64,000 nucleotides of DNA from Callorhinchus milii (taxonomy: Eukaryota): NCBI RefSeq assembly GCF_018977255.1, contig NW_024704743.1:85934001-85998000 (forward strand), in the 5' to 3' direction. Shown here piece after piece: positions 40,394 to 51,069 of the stretch; position 1 is the first letter of the stretch; every line of letters starts with the position of its first letter. The notes beneath the pieces are model-generated. The model was not told the DNA's origin. It searched no databases and saw only the letters and a program-made list of their open reading frames with translations. Made by a program: the position numbers and the translations under genes.

Positions 40394-40710
40394 AATAATA
40401 ATAATAATCCTTGCATTTGATATAGCGCTTTTCACGTCGGGAGGACGTCCCAAAGCGCTTCACAGAATATACTGTAAAGTGAATTGACTGTATATCTGTG
40501 GGCGAACGCGGCAGCCAATTGCGCACAGCAATGTCCCACAAACAATCGAGGATTGAAAATGACCAATTTATTATTGTTTTGTTTTTTTGGGGGGGTTATT
40601 ATTAGGTGTGTGGAGTAAGGAAACTTGCCCAAGGTTTCGCCCTGCCTGGAATTGAACTCAGGTCTCTCACTTGCAAAGCAAGTGCTCTAACCACTGAGCT
40701 ACAGGACTCC
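40394..40710 (-). mobile_element. tRNA/Deu SINE, short form, abutting the EMC2 exon-2 acceptor
   Basis: Full-length copy; tail ends 16 nt before the exon. Confidence 0.93.
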
Positions 40711-41003
40711 ACAAAACCTTAAAGAGAAAATGGAACATAATACAGATGGTGCAAATCATATCCTCCTTATGCCCAGGGAACAAGGACAATGGTAGGCAAA
40801 ATCAAAGGCATTTGGAGTGCTTCTTATTGAAACAAAGCACAATTGTAAACACTGTAATAATAATTTTGCATTTGATGTAGTGTATGTCATGGAGGAGTAC
40901 CAAAATGCTTCACAGGATTTTACTGTGAGATGTAGTGACTGTGTATTTGTAGGCAAACGAGACAGACAATTTGCATACACTAACATCCTACATCTATGGA
41001 TAG

Positions 41004-41345
41004 ATAATAATCCTTGCACTTGATATAATGTCTTATCACATCTTCTAGACATCTCAAAGCGCTTCACAAAATATACTGCAAAGTGAATTGACTGTATGTT
41101 TTGTGGGTGAAACACAGCAGCCAATCGCACACAGGAGTGTCCCACAAACAGTTGTGGATTAAGTCATGCAATTTGTCCTGATTATTTTTTGAAGGGATTA
41201 TTACCCCTGGGAAAGCGATCCGCCAATCGACTAACAACCAGATTCCTACTTACTACTAGGTAAACCGAGGCGTGTGGAGTAAGGAAACATGCCCAATGTT
41301 TTGCCCTGCCCAGGAATCGAACCCAGGTCTTCTCACTTGCGAGGT
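41004..41345 (-). mobile_element. tRNA/Deu SINE, long form, 5'-truncated
   Basis: Consensus match by eye. Confidence 0.88.
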
Positions 41346-41649
41346 GGGAGCCTGTTCCAAACAAGTTATTTAGCAATCTCAGCAGCTCAGCTCCAGAGTG
41401 ATGCAACTCACAATTCGATGAAATTGTACAACCCATATTCAGAAAATGCTGTCTACTGCAAGAAGCCCCCAATAAACCTGTATATACAATGAATGAGGTA
41501 TCACAATCAGGAAGTAAGGGACCTGGGTTGGGGGAAAAAAAGGGGGTATAAAATCAGCTGGGAGAGATCAGGGAGATGGACTGACATCAGGGAAGAGGGA
41601 GAGGTTGGATCAGGGTCAGGTGGAGAGGGACAGAGTTTAGGGGATTGAT

Positions 41650-42215
41650 TTGCAACTCTCCATCTGCCTGCCCTTCTTGCTCTTTCTGCCTGCCTCTCTC
41701 TGTCTGTCAGTCTGCCACTTTCTCCCTCTGGCCTGCCTCACTCTTGTTTGCCTGTCTCTATCTGTCTGTCTGACACTTTGGTGTATACCTGCAAGCTCTT
41801 TGCCGGACTCCGCCTTCACCTCTATCTGCTTCCATTGGTCTGTGTCTCGCTCACTTGCTGGCTGCCTGGCTGGCCATCTGGCTGGACTGCCATGGAGCTG
41901 CCCATCCAGCTTGCCAGCCAGCCACCCGCCGTGCATCTGCCTGTCATCTGTTGTCTATTCGTCTGCCATCTGTCTGTCTGATGTCTGCCTTTCTGCCAGC
42001 AGTTCTTTGTCTGTCATCCGACTGTCTATCTGTCTACATTCTGACTGACTGCCCTCTCTCTGTCTGACAGTCATCCATCCATCCGCCGGTTGGTCTGTCA
42101 GTCAGTTGGTCCAACTGTCTGTCTGCCCGCCACCCACCTTCCAAGCCAGTCTGTTTTCCATCTGTCTGTCTATGTCTCTCAGCTATCTGTGTCTGTCTGT
42201 CTCTCTGCAGTCTGT
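41650..42215. repeat. Degenerate (TCTG)n low-complexity tract
   Basis: Many TCTG/GTCT units; the ORFs here are compositional artefacts. Confidence 0.85.
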
Positions 42216-42530
42216 GTGCCTCTCCGACCTGCTTACTCCACAACCCACTGCCTTCGCTCCACTGGCTCTGGTCTCCTGCATGTCCCTTTGACCCTCGTTC
42301 TATTATAGGTGGCCGTGCTTTGAACCACTGTGCTACAAAATTCTGGAACAGTCTTCCTCTATGCCTCTGCTTTGCCCCCTCCTTCCCCATATTTAGACCG
42401 AACCTGAAGATCGTCCTCTTCCGACTGTGCCTAGAGCCAACTCTCCCTGGCTCAGTGTCATACTCTGCCACTGTCAAGCGCTCTGGGTCGTGATTCCTCA
42501 TGAGGGAGCTATATAAATGCAAGTTGTTAT
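42215..42530 (+). mobile_element. Older L2 3' fragment
   Basis: [16 protein letters not shown] sequence and L2-type tail. Confidence 0.75.
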
Positions 42531-42699
42531 GTATATAGATATATATATCTGTTGTGATTCTCACACTCTCTGTGTAGTTCTCTCTCTATTGTCACATATA
42601 TACACACATCAATCTCTCACAAGTTATCTATATTTCTCAGTCTCTCGCTCCTTCCTCACTCCCCCCTCCCTCTCTCTATCTCACTCTCTCTAACTTTAG

Positions 42700-43125
42700 C
42701 ATCACTCAGTGGTAGCGCTCTCGCCCGAGTCAGAAGGTTGTGGGTTCAAACCCCATGTCAGGACTTGGTATCACATTGTCTAAGCTGACACTCCAATGCA
42801 GTCCTGGGTTGTGGTGCATTGCATTGTGTGAGGTGCTGTCCTTCAGATGAGACATTAAACCAAGGTACTGTCTACCTATTCAGGTGGATGTTAAAGATCC
42901 CATGGCACTATTTGAAAAGAGAAGAGTTTTTCCCGGTGTCCTGGCCAACGAGCCCCCAAATAAAATTGGTCATTCACTTCACTGTTTGTGGGATATTGCT
43001 GGTTGCAAAACTGGCTGCCGCATTTCACCCACAAAGTGCAGTTAATCCACTTTCCAGTATATTCTGTGAAGCGCTTTTAGACGTCTCGAAGACGCGATAA
43101 GGTGCTATATCAAATGCAAGTTTTA
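42700..43125 (+). mobile_element. Older SacSINE1/AmnSINE-like Deu SINE (second family; related copies near 27865-28150, 31690-32015, 39940-40245, 49555-49985, 54590-55020, 55515-55960, 60430-60700, 63690-64000)
   Basis: Head CTCAGTGGTAGC..CTCTGAGTCAGAAGGTTGTGGGTTCAA, body GGTGGATGTTAAAGATCCCATGGCACTATTTGAAAAGAG, Deu core and L2-like tail; family name from recall. Confidence 0.8.
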
Positions 43126-43394
43126 TTTTATATATATATATAGCTCTTGACTCTGTTATATATATACACAAATATATGTATATCATTCTCTCAGTGTAGC
43201 TCTCTCACTCTGTCTGTATAAATCACTCTCTATAAATATTTTTGATATATATCACTATTGTCGCTCTCAGTGTAGCTCTCTCTCTCGTCACATTCACACT
43301 CTTTCAGTGTAACATCTCTCGATCGTCACTGTCATAGTGTAGCTCTCTCCATTGTCTCTCTCACACCCTCTCAGTCTCCCAGTTTCTCCGTCAT

Positions 43395-43469
43395 AGTCGT
43401 CTCCCACACAGTCGTCTCCCACACAGTCGTCTCCCACACAGTCGTCTCCCACACAGTCGTCTCCCATAC
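43395..43469. repeat. 15-bp minisatellite (AGTCGTCTCCCACAC) x5
   Basis: Five adjacent copies, the last with one substitution. Confidence 0.95.
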
Positions 43470-45690
43470 ACTCACACTCTCTCTCACACGCGCGCCCTCT
43501 CTCTCTCCCTCTCCCTCACACACACTCTCTCAGTCTCTCTCTCTCCCTCACACACACTCTCTCTGTCTCTCTCTCTCCCTCACACACACTTTCTCCCTCG
43601 CTCTCTCTTTCCTGCTCTCTCACACTCTCCCACACACTCTCCCCCTCCCTCCCCCCCCCTCTCTCATACTCTCTCTCTCACACTCTCTCTCCTCCCACCT
43701 CTCTCTCTCCCTCCCTCTCCCTCCCCCTCTCTCCTGCTCTCTCACACTCTTCCCCCCCCTCGCTCTCTCCTCTCTCACACGCTCTATCTCTCCCTCCCTC
43801 TCTCTCTCCTGCTCTCCCCACCTTCTCTCTGTCTTCTCTCTCCCTCCCTCTCCCGCTCTCACACTCTCCCTCTCTCTCTCTCACTCTCCCCCCGCCCCTC
43901 TCGCTCTCTCCCTCTCTCTCACACGCTCTCTCTCCCCCTCCCTATCTCTCTCTCCCCCTCCCTATCTCTCTCTCCCCCTCCCTATCTCTCTCTCCCCTCC
44001 CTATCTCTCTCTCCCCCCCTCCCCCTTTCACTCTCCCCCCACACTCACCCTCTCTCCCTCCCTCTCTCACACCCCCCTCTCACACTCACCCTCCCAGCTC
44101 ACACTCCACCCCTCTCTCCCCCCCTCACACTCACCCTCCCAGCTCACACACTCCCCCCACTCTCTCCCCCCTCTCCCTCATACTCCCCGCCCCTCTTTCC
44201 TCCCTCTCCCCTCCCAGCTCACACTCCCCCCTCTCTCTCCCCCTTCTCCCTCACACTCACTCTCCCTCTCTCTCCCACTCACCCTCCCAGCTCACCCTCT
44301 CCCCTCACACTCCCCCTCCCAGCTCACCCTCTCTCACACTCACCCTCCCAGCTCACCCTCTCTCACACTCACCCTCCCAGCTCCCCCTCTCCCCTCACAC
44401 TCACCCTCCCAGCTCCGCCTCTCCCCTCACACTCACCCTCCCAGCTCACCCTCTCCCCTCACTCTCCCCCCCCAGCTCCCCTCTCCCCTCACACTCACCC
44501 TCCCAGCTCCCTTCTCCCTCACACTCACCCTCCCAGCTCCCCCTCTCCCCTCACACTCACCCTCCCAGCTCCCCTTCTCCCCTCACACTCACCCCCCCAG
44601 CTCCCCCTCTCCCCTCTCCCCCCCTCCCCCCCCAGCTCCCCCTCTCCCTCACACTCACCCTCCCAGCTCCCCTTCTCCCCTCACACTCACCCTCCCAGCT
44701 CCCCCTCTCCCCTCACACTCACCCTCCCAGCTCCCCTTCTCCCCTCACACTCACCCCCCCAGCTCCCCCTCTCCCCTCACCTCCCCCCCTCCCCCCAGCT
44801 CCCCCTCTCCCCCCCCCAGCTCCCCTCTCCCCCCCCAGCTCCCCCTCTCCCCCCCAGCTCCCTCTCCCCCCCCCCAGCTCCCCCTCTCTCCCCCTCCCCC
44901 CCAGCTCCCTCTCCCCCCCCAGCTCCCCCTCTCTCCCCCTCCCCCCCAGCTCCCCTCTCGCTCCCCCTCTCCCCCCCAGCTCCCCCTCTCCCTCCCCAGT
45001 TCCCCTCCCCCCCCCCCAGCTCCCCTTCTCCCCCCCAGCTCCCCCTCTCCCCCCCAGCTCCCCCCCCCAGCTCCCCCTCTCTCTCACACTCCCCCTCCCC
45101 CCCCCCCCAGCTCCCCCCCCCCAGCTCCCCCCCCCCAGCTCCCCCTCTCTCTCACACTCACCTCCCAGCTCCCCCTCTCCCCTCACACTCCCCCCCCCAG
45201 CTCCCCCCTCTCCCCCCCCCAGCTCACCCTCTCTCACACTCACCCTCCCAGCTCCCCCTCTCCCCTCACACTCCCCCCCCAGCTCCCCCTCTCCCCCCCC
45301 CCCAGCTCACCCTCTCTCACACTCACCCTCCCAGCTCCCCCCCCCCAGCTCCCCCCCCCCCAGCTCCCCCTCTCCCCTCACTCACCCCCCCAGCTCCCCT
45401 CTCCCCTCACTCTCCCCCCCCAGCTCCCCCTCTCCCCCCCCCCAGCTCACCCTCTCCCCCCAGCTCCCCCCTCTCCCCCCCCCAGCTCACCCTCTCTCAC
45501 ACTCACCCTCCCAGCTCCCCCCCCCCAGCTCCCCCCCCCCCCAGCTCCCCCTCTCCCCTCACTCACCCCCCCAGCTCCCCCTCTCCCCTCACTCTCCCCC
45601 CCCAGCTCCCCCTCTCCCCCCCAGCTCCCCTCTCCCCCCCAGCTCCCCCCCCCGCTCCCCCTCTCTCTCACACTCACCCTCCCAGCTCAC
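43470..45690. repeat. C-rich (G-rich on the EMC2 sense strand) low-complexity region and minisatellite; from ~44040 built from CACTCACCCTCCCAGCTC and CnAGCTCn units
   Basis: Directly visible tandem units. Confidence 0.95.
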
Positions 45691-45717
45691 ATCGAACATA
45701 TCTGCCACCGTCGCCAT
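45678..45717 (-). CDS. EMC2: EMC2 coding exon 1 (MATVADMFDVSWE, 40 nt)
   Basis: AACATGGCG start context; donor GG|GTGAGT at 45677; phase 1 joins exon 2 to give GAT (D). Confidence 0.93.
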
Positions 45718-45827
45718 GTTTCTCACGCCGTCACGTGACACACGTACGTCAGACGCAGAGCTCGTCACCAGCCAATCAGAGGAAAGGAGAAGCCGAGCCG
45801 CGCAAAACACTGCGAGAGGTCAGAGGG
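45712..45827 (-). promoter_or_regulatory. EMC2 core promoter/5' UTR island: YY1/TISU-like AACATGGCG over the start codon, palindromic E-box GTCACGTGAC (45730-45739), CRE-like TGACGTA, CCAAT box AGCCAATCAG (45770-45779)
   Basis: Motifs read directly; locally CpG-rich, immediately upstream of the ATG; factor binding is inferred. Confidence 0.7.
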
Positions 45828-46960
45828 CACTGTGTGTGAGTGACTGTGTGTGTGTGAGTGACTGTGTGTGTGTCACTGTGTGTGAGTGTGTCACTGTGTG
45901 AGTGAGTGTCACTGTGTGTGAGTGTGTGTCATTGTGTGTGTGACACTGTGTGTGAGTGTGTGACACTGTGTGTGACTGTGTGAGTGTGTCACTGTGTGAG
46001 TGTCTGTGTCACTGTATCACTGTGTGTGAGTGTCACTGTGTGTGTGAGTGTGTGTGTCACTGTGTGTCAGTGTGTGTGTGAGTGTCACTGTGTGTGAGTG
46101 TCACTGTGTGTGTGAGTGTATGTGTCACTGTGTGTGTGAGTGTGTGTGTCACTGTGTGTCAGTGTGTGTGTGAGTGTCACTGTGTGTGAGTGACAGTGTG
46201 TGTGTGTCACTGTGCGTGTGTGTCACTCTGTGTGTGTGTCACTGTGTGCACGTGTCGACCCCCTCCCCATCCAACTGCTGAGCGGATCGGCTTTAAGATC
46301 CTCACTCTAGTATTTAAATCCCTCCATTCCTTGGCACCCCCCTATCTCTCTAACCTCCTCTCTCCCCATAGCAGTACCTGCTGCCTCCACTCTGCTGAGT
46401 CCGGTCTCCTCCGCGTCCCCCAAATCCTCTGCTCCACCATTGGCGGCTGTGCCTTCAGCTACTACGCCCAGAAACTTTGGAACTCCCTCCCTCAACCCCT
46501 TTGCTTTGGCCCCTCCTTCCCCATCTTCTGGTCGTGCCTGAAGACCTACCTTTTCAATAGCGCCTACGGTCACCTTCCCCCTCCCCCTGGGTCAGCCTTC
46601 GGCTCCACCATTGTTAAACGCTCTGAGACGCGGCGTGGAGGGTACTATATAAATGCAAGTTGTTGTTGTTCACTCTGTGTGACACTGGTGTGTAACATTG
46701 TGTGTGTGTGACACTGTCACTGTGTGGCACTCACTATGTGTGACACCATGTCACTATGTGTCACTGTGTGTGTGCCACAGTGTGTGTGTGTGTGACCCTG
46801 TGTGTGTCACTGTGTGTATCACTGCGTGTGTGTCACTGTGTGTAGCTGTGTGTGTGACACTGTGAGTGACACTATATGCGACGTGTGTGTGTGACTGTAT
46901 ATGTGTGACATTGTGTGTGTGACATGTGTGTCTATATTGCAGTGACAGTGTGTGTGACAG
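45828..46960. repeat. Degenerate (TG)n / GTCACTGTGTGTGA simple repeat, interrupted by an L2 fragment
   Basis: Directly visible. Confidence 0.93.
46258..46670 (+). mobile_element. Older L2 3' fragment within the TG array
   Basis: ERIGFKILTLVFKSLHSLAPPYLS...KTYLF; tail ATAAATGCAAGTTGTTGTTG. Confidence 0.88.
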
Positions 46961-46976
46961 GGCATTGGTTATATCA

Positions 46977-47560
46977 GCAGCAACAAGATTACATTTGTAA
47001 TGCGCCTTTCACGTAGAAAGGACGTCCCAAAGTCCCTGAACAGTCAGGGATCAGGACCCAAGTGTGGGGAGGGCAGGGTTGGGAGGAGGGAGGGCAGAGG
47101 GAGTAGGAGGGCGGCTGAAGGTATGGTCAAAAAGGTGGGTCTTGAAGGAGGCAAGAGAGAGAGCAAGGTGAAGGGATTGTGGACTGGAGTTCCAAAGGGT
47201 GGGGGCAGAGAGGCTGACAGTCCGGCCACTGACGGGAGGGCGGGTCAGGCGGGAGACTTGGAGCAGACCAGAGCCTGCTGAATGGAGGGAACAGACAGGT
47301 TGATAGGTGGTCAGCAGGTCAGAGATGTAGGAGGGGGCAAGGCCGTGGAGGGCCTTGAAAGTGAGGACAAGGAATTCAAATTCTATCCTCTGAGGGATGG
47401 GGAGCCAGTGGAGCCGGGCGAGGGTGGGGGTGATGGGTTCACCGAGCCTGGTGTGGGAGAGGATACAAGCTGCAGGGTTCCAGATGATCTGCAGCTTGTG
47501 GAGGGAAGAGTTGGCGAGGCTGACGAGGAGGGAGTTTCTGTAGTCCAGCCTTGAGGTGAC
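46977..47560 (-). mobile_element. L2 LINE 3' fragment
   Basis: VTSRLDYRNSLL...LWNS frame and tail. Confidence 0.9.
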
Positions 47561-47572
47561 AATAATAATATT

Positions 47573-47892
47573 GTCCTGTAGCTCAGTGGTTAGAGCACTC
47601 GCTTTGCAAGTGAGAGACCTGAGTTCAATTCCAGGCAGGGCGAAACCTGGGCAAGTTTCCTTACTCCACACGCCTAATAATAATCCCTCCAAAAAAAAAA
47701 AAACAATAATAAATTGGTCATTTTCAATCTATGACTGTTTGTGGGACATTGCTGTGCGCAATTGGCTGCCGCGTTCGCCCACAAATATACAGTCAATTCT
47801 CTTTACAGTGTGTTCTGTGAAGCGCTTTGGGACGTCCTCCCGACGTGAAAAGCGCTATATCAAATGCAAGGATTATTATTATTATTATTATT
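47573..47892 (+). mobile_element. tRNA/Deu SINE, short form
   Basis: Near full-length consensus copy. Confidence 0.93.
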
Positions 47893-47924
47893 GTTAGAAC
47901 CAGAGAGAGATGAGAAATTATTGG

Positions 47925-48300
47925 GGAGTCCTGTAGCTTAGTTGTTAAGATTACTCGCCTCGCAAGTGAGAGGACCTAGGTTTGATTCCCAGGCAGGGTG
48001 AAACGTTAGGCAAGTTTCCTTACTCCACACGCCTCTGTTTACCTAGCAGTCAGTAAGTAGGAACCCGATTCAGTCGATTTTAGTTGATTTGCAGATGGCT
48101 TTTCCAGAGATAATAATAAATTTGGTCACTTCAATCCACAACTGTTTGTGGGTCACTTCTGTGCACAATTAGCTATCGTGTTTCACCCACAAAATATACA
48201 GTCAATTCATTTTACAGAATATTCTGTGAAGTGCTTTGAGACATCTAGAAGATGCGATAAGGTGCTATATCAAATATAAATAAATGCAAGGATTATTATT
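47925..48300 (+). mobile_element. tRNA/Deu SINE, long form
   Basis: Contains the extra TCTGTTTACCTAGCAGT...AGGAACCC segment. Confidence 0.9.
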
Positions 48301-48319
48301 GCTTTTTTCTTCCTTTGTT

Positions 48320-48960
48320 AAGAGTCAAAGTGCTACTTAAAAATAATGCATTTGACAAACCTAGAGATATCAACATAAAAGAAAATCAAGTAGAGTATTG
48401 TGTAAAGGAACAAAAGTCAAGGAATAATAAACAATTTTATCAACAGGTAAAAAGCAAAAGAATATTTTAAAAGAGTAGGGACCAATTAATAACAAAAGGG
48501 AATTATTGTCATTGAGAGTGAATGGCAGAGATGTTAAATGAGTATTTTGCCTCTGATTTTACAGTTTGGTGAGAATATAGAGATACAAGAGGAGAAAATA
48601 GAACAACGAGAACAGAAGAAAGGAAGTTGTACAGAAAAGGCTGACACAACGCAAAAGTAGAAACGTCACAAAGCCCTGATGGCATGCATTCAAAATGCTG
48701 AGGGAATGAGAGAGAAAATAGCAGAAGTTCTGACTGCAATCCTTAAAATATTCTTGGATGAGAATGTAAAAGTGGAAGCACATGGATGGGATAGAACTCA
48801 CTAAAGGAAAAGTTGGAAAGAGTCCTGGGTGTTAGTTAATTTTCTTGCTCAACATTTGCAAACAATGTAAGGCAGCAATTAAGGCAAATAGGATGCTGGG
48901 CAATATTCCCAAATTAGTTGAGTTCAGATCTACAGAATTCATATTCAAGCTATATATAGT
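48320..48960 (+). mobile_element. Highly degenerate CR1 fragments
   Basis: MAEMLNEYFAS-like and GPDGMH-like remnants. Confidence 0.55.
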
Positions 48961-49554
48961 CAGGCAGGATTATAATCCCTACTTTTGATTTAGGGTCTGT
49001 CACGTCAACAACTCAAAGTGCTTCACAGAATATACTGCAAAGTGTAGTGAGTGTGTATATTGTAGGCGAACGTGATAGCCATTGTTCCAATAAATAGTCA
49101 TGAGGTGGATGACCATATATCACAGGATATGGTTTCTGGTACCTCGCATAACTGGTGACTTTAAAGGTAAATCTAGACAGTGACTGTTGATAAGCCAATT
49201 AGCCATAGACCTCACAACTGAGCGTGATCCTGTTCTTACCTGACATCCACACATGAGCACCTTTCAATGGTTCATTGAACAGTGATCACGAGTGGAACTC
49301 CTGGATGATTATTGCCTTGCATAGCTCAGGGGCCTGGAATTCAACTGTGGTGCCCAAGATCTGTGATGGGAAGTCGATTAGGTTGGGTGTCCTGGAAAGA
49401 TGAGATAAAATGGTCCAAAGGGCTTTCTTCAACCAAATCAACCTTGTGTTCATGTGAGTATCTAAACTATTGTATACAGATCTGGTCACCTTGACATAAC
49501 CAGAACCTAGAAACAGTGCAGAGAAGAGAAACAAGGTGAATCATTAACAAGGTT

Positions 49555-49985
49555 GTGCCTGGCTCAGGTAGTAGCACTCTTGCCTCTGAGTCAGAAGGTT
49601 GTGGGTACAAACCACACGTCAGAACTTTGAACTCAGTGCACACTGAGACTAATGCAATGCTGGGGACGTGCTGCATTGTCAGAGCTGCCGTCCTTTGGAG
49701 GAGATGTTAAATTGAGATCCCGCCTGCCTGTTCAAGTGGACATTAAAGATCCTGTGGCTGTTCTTAAAGAGAAGGGAATTTCTCCATGACATAAAAGGAC
49801 CAATAATCACCCAAATAAAAGTAGTTATTCACTTTATGGATATTTGTGAGACGGTATTGAATGCAAATTGACTGTCGCATTCACCTGCAACAGAGTCACT
49901 GCACCTTACAGTGTATCCTGTGAAGTGCTTTGAGATGTCCTGCTGATATGAAAGGCACAATATCACTAGTAAGGAGCATTATTGT
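49555..49985 (+). mobile_element. Older SacSINE1-like Deu SINE
   Basis: Matches the 42700 family. Confidence 0.78.
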
Positions 49986-51069
49986 TTTATCGTTAAAAGA
50001 TGAATGAGCCATGAGAAACAACTCAAATAAATTGTAGTGCAGCAAACTAATTATATTGAGAATGGAGTATTTCTTAAAATGGCCCCTTGGAAATTCTTTT
50101 AAGTGATAATTTCTGAGCAAGGCAATTGAAATATTTAAGAGAAAAGTAGATAGATATTTGGTGACAGGGGTATCAAGGAATATGGCAATAGGACAGGGAA
50201 ATACTATTAATTGTAGATCAACCATGATCTAAAAAAAAGGTGGAACAAGCTCAATAAGGCTGAATGGCCAATCTGTTCCTGTGTTCTATTTTATTGTGAT
50301 TTTGCATTGCCCGCATTTATATTGACATTTTCGACATGTTAGTTCTTTGTGCCATGGAAGAGGTGACAAAAATGAATCAGTCACGAGAAGACCCTTTGAA
50401 GTTTGCTGCCACTCTGCGATTGTACAGTTCCTACCACAGAATACATTCCTGTTCACAGAATGGAAAGATCTCCTCACTGATAACCACATGTGTACAATCT
50501 GTTGTTCCCAACACGGTATGAAATCCACAATCTGAATTTAAAAAAACAATTTCAAACTTGGCATCATGTTGCTTTCTTGCATTCCTTTAAGAAAAATGAT
50601 GTAGCCGAGACCTGCCCTATCACTATAACCTAGAGCAGCATTACTGCCAGATGATTTAGCTTTATCAGAATAAAACTGGTGGATTTTTCCCATGTTTCCA
50701 ACCCTGACACAATGAATTGCAAACAAACTGGGACAATGGAAGCACATTGTTCAAACTGCCATTTTGCACTGCAAACTGAAAACCTTTTTGCTTTTTATCA
50801 AAAGTCATCTCTGTCAGAAAAGGACTCTGGGAGAAACTTTTCAAATAGTATCACAGACTCATTAATGTCCACCTGAAAAATAGGCAGACTGCATCTCTGA
50901 CAGCACCACACAGACAAGGGTTAATATTTGCAAATGTACTTAGCTCTGCTCAGTTGGTAGCACACATGCCTCTGGAACACAAGGTTGTGGATTCAAATCC
51001 CACAGTGGGACTTCAAGCTCACAGATTTGGCTGATACTCCAGTCAGTGCAGTGGGGGAGTAATTGTTGC

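Noticed and set aside
41637..42308. Cluster of Cys/Leu/Ser-rich ORFs
   Set aside because: Translation of (TCTG)n low-complexity DNA
43395..43469. Regular direct repeats that might suggest a CRISPR array
   Set aside because: Head-to-tail 15-mers with no spacers, no cas genes, eukaryotic context
43620..45677. Gly/Glu/Arg-rich ORFs (43620..43862, 44719..45243, 45447..45677)
   Set aside because: Translations of the G-rich satellite; no evidence of coding function
45828..46960. Many CACTGTG/CACAGTG V(D)J RSS heptamers
   Set aside because: By-product of the TG array; no nonamer at 12/23 spacing seen and no Ig/TCR segments nearby
47573..47645. tRNA-Ala-like cloverleafs at several sites
   Set aside because: They are SINE heads continuing into a Deu body and tail, not stand-alone tRNA genes
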